Of a stretch of 64,000 nucleotides of DNA, positions 63,708 to 64,000 are shown in pieces. The stretch comes from an uncultured virus (IMG/VR IMGVR_UViG_3300035208_000846). Lineage: Duplodnaviria; Heunggongvirae; Uroviricota; Caudoviricetes. Each line of letters starts with the position of its first letter. Positions within the stretch are counted from its first letter, which is position 1. Below the pieces are notes generated by a model. The model did not search any database. It saw only the letters and a program-made list of their open reading frames with translations, and was not told the DNA's origin. Made by a program: the position numbers and the translations under genes. The DNA is taken from the IMG/VR virus record IMGVR_UViG_3300035208_000846. One strand, written 5' to 3'.

Positions 63708-64000
63708 ATCGCTGCTCTGCTATCTGGAGCGCAAGCACGGCCTGAACTACGTGGGGGCGATGGAATATTTCGCCGCCCACGACATCGACCCGCGGGAATA
63801 TGAAGACCTAGTGGAGGAGGCTTGAATCGTGAAACTACATCTCGCAGTGGGCGACTTCGCTCGAAACATCGAAACTGGCTGGCTCGGCAAGATCGTTGAA
63901 ATTCTGCCGCCGCAAAAAGTCTGGATCAACAGGCACGAATATTTCATCGAAGTCATGGCCAACATGCTCGGCGTTGACACGCTGGCTGTGGCCGCCTCTG

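Noticed and set aside
1..64000. Diversity-generating retroelement, retron or alternative genetic code
   Set aside because: No reverse transcriptase motifs or TR/VR pair were seen, and genes read intact in the standard code.

Overview
The window is most of the genome of a tailed, probably temperate dsDNA phage. A Planctomycetota-like host is inferred from gene content only and is not proven. From 58 kb down to base 1 nearly all genes are on the minus strand. In transcription order they are: xis and a tyrosine integrase beside a tRNA-Leu(GAG) 3'-half attP; small accessory genes and csrA; replication/recombination genes (ParB-like, SF2 helicase, primase, ERF, C5 methyltransferase, sigma factor, RuvC); a possible lysis block with an intein-containing papain-like protease; an ~18 kb glycan-modification island wrapped around two Ser-rich mucin-like proteins; then scaffold, capsid, terminase, portal, neck and tail genes. 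Plus-strand early genes start after ~58.5 kb. The most striking signal is three HNH endonuclease elements, each inserted at a conserved motif of a gene without breaking it. (1) One HNH gene, with its own sigma70-like promoter and RBS, lies antisense inside the terminase intein, whose 400-codon frame stays open. (2) A 747-bp in-frame HNH cassette is overprinted inside a two-frame (M.EcoHK31I-like) methyltransferase and supplies a replacement 3' end for the beta chain. (3) A third HNH cassette supplies a replacement 5' end for a GT11 glycosyltransferase and leaves the old start as a stub. The second major signal is a polypeptide-GalNAc-transferase-like gene overlapping a ~490-residue Ser/Pro/Glu repeat protein, suggesting phage-encoded mucin-type O-glycosylation. 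All family calls come from motif recognition by eye; no database searches were run.
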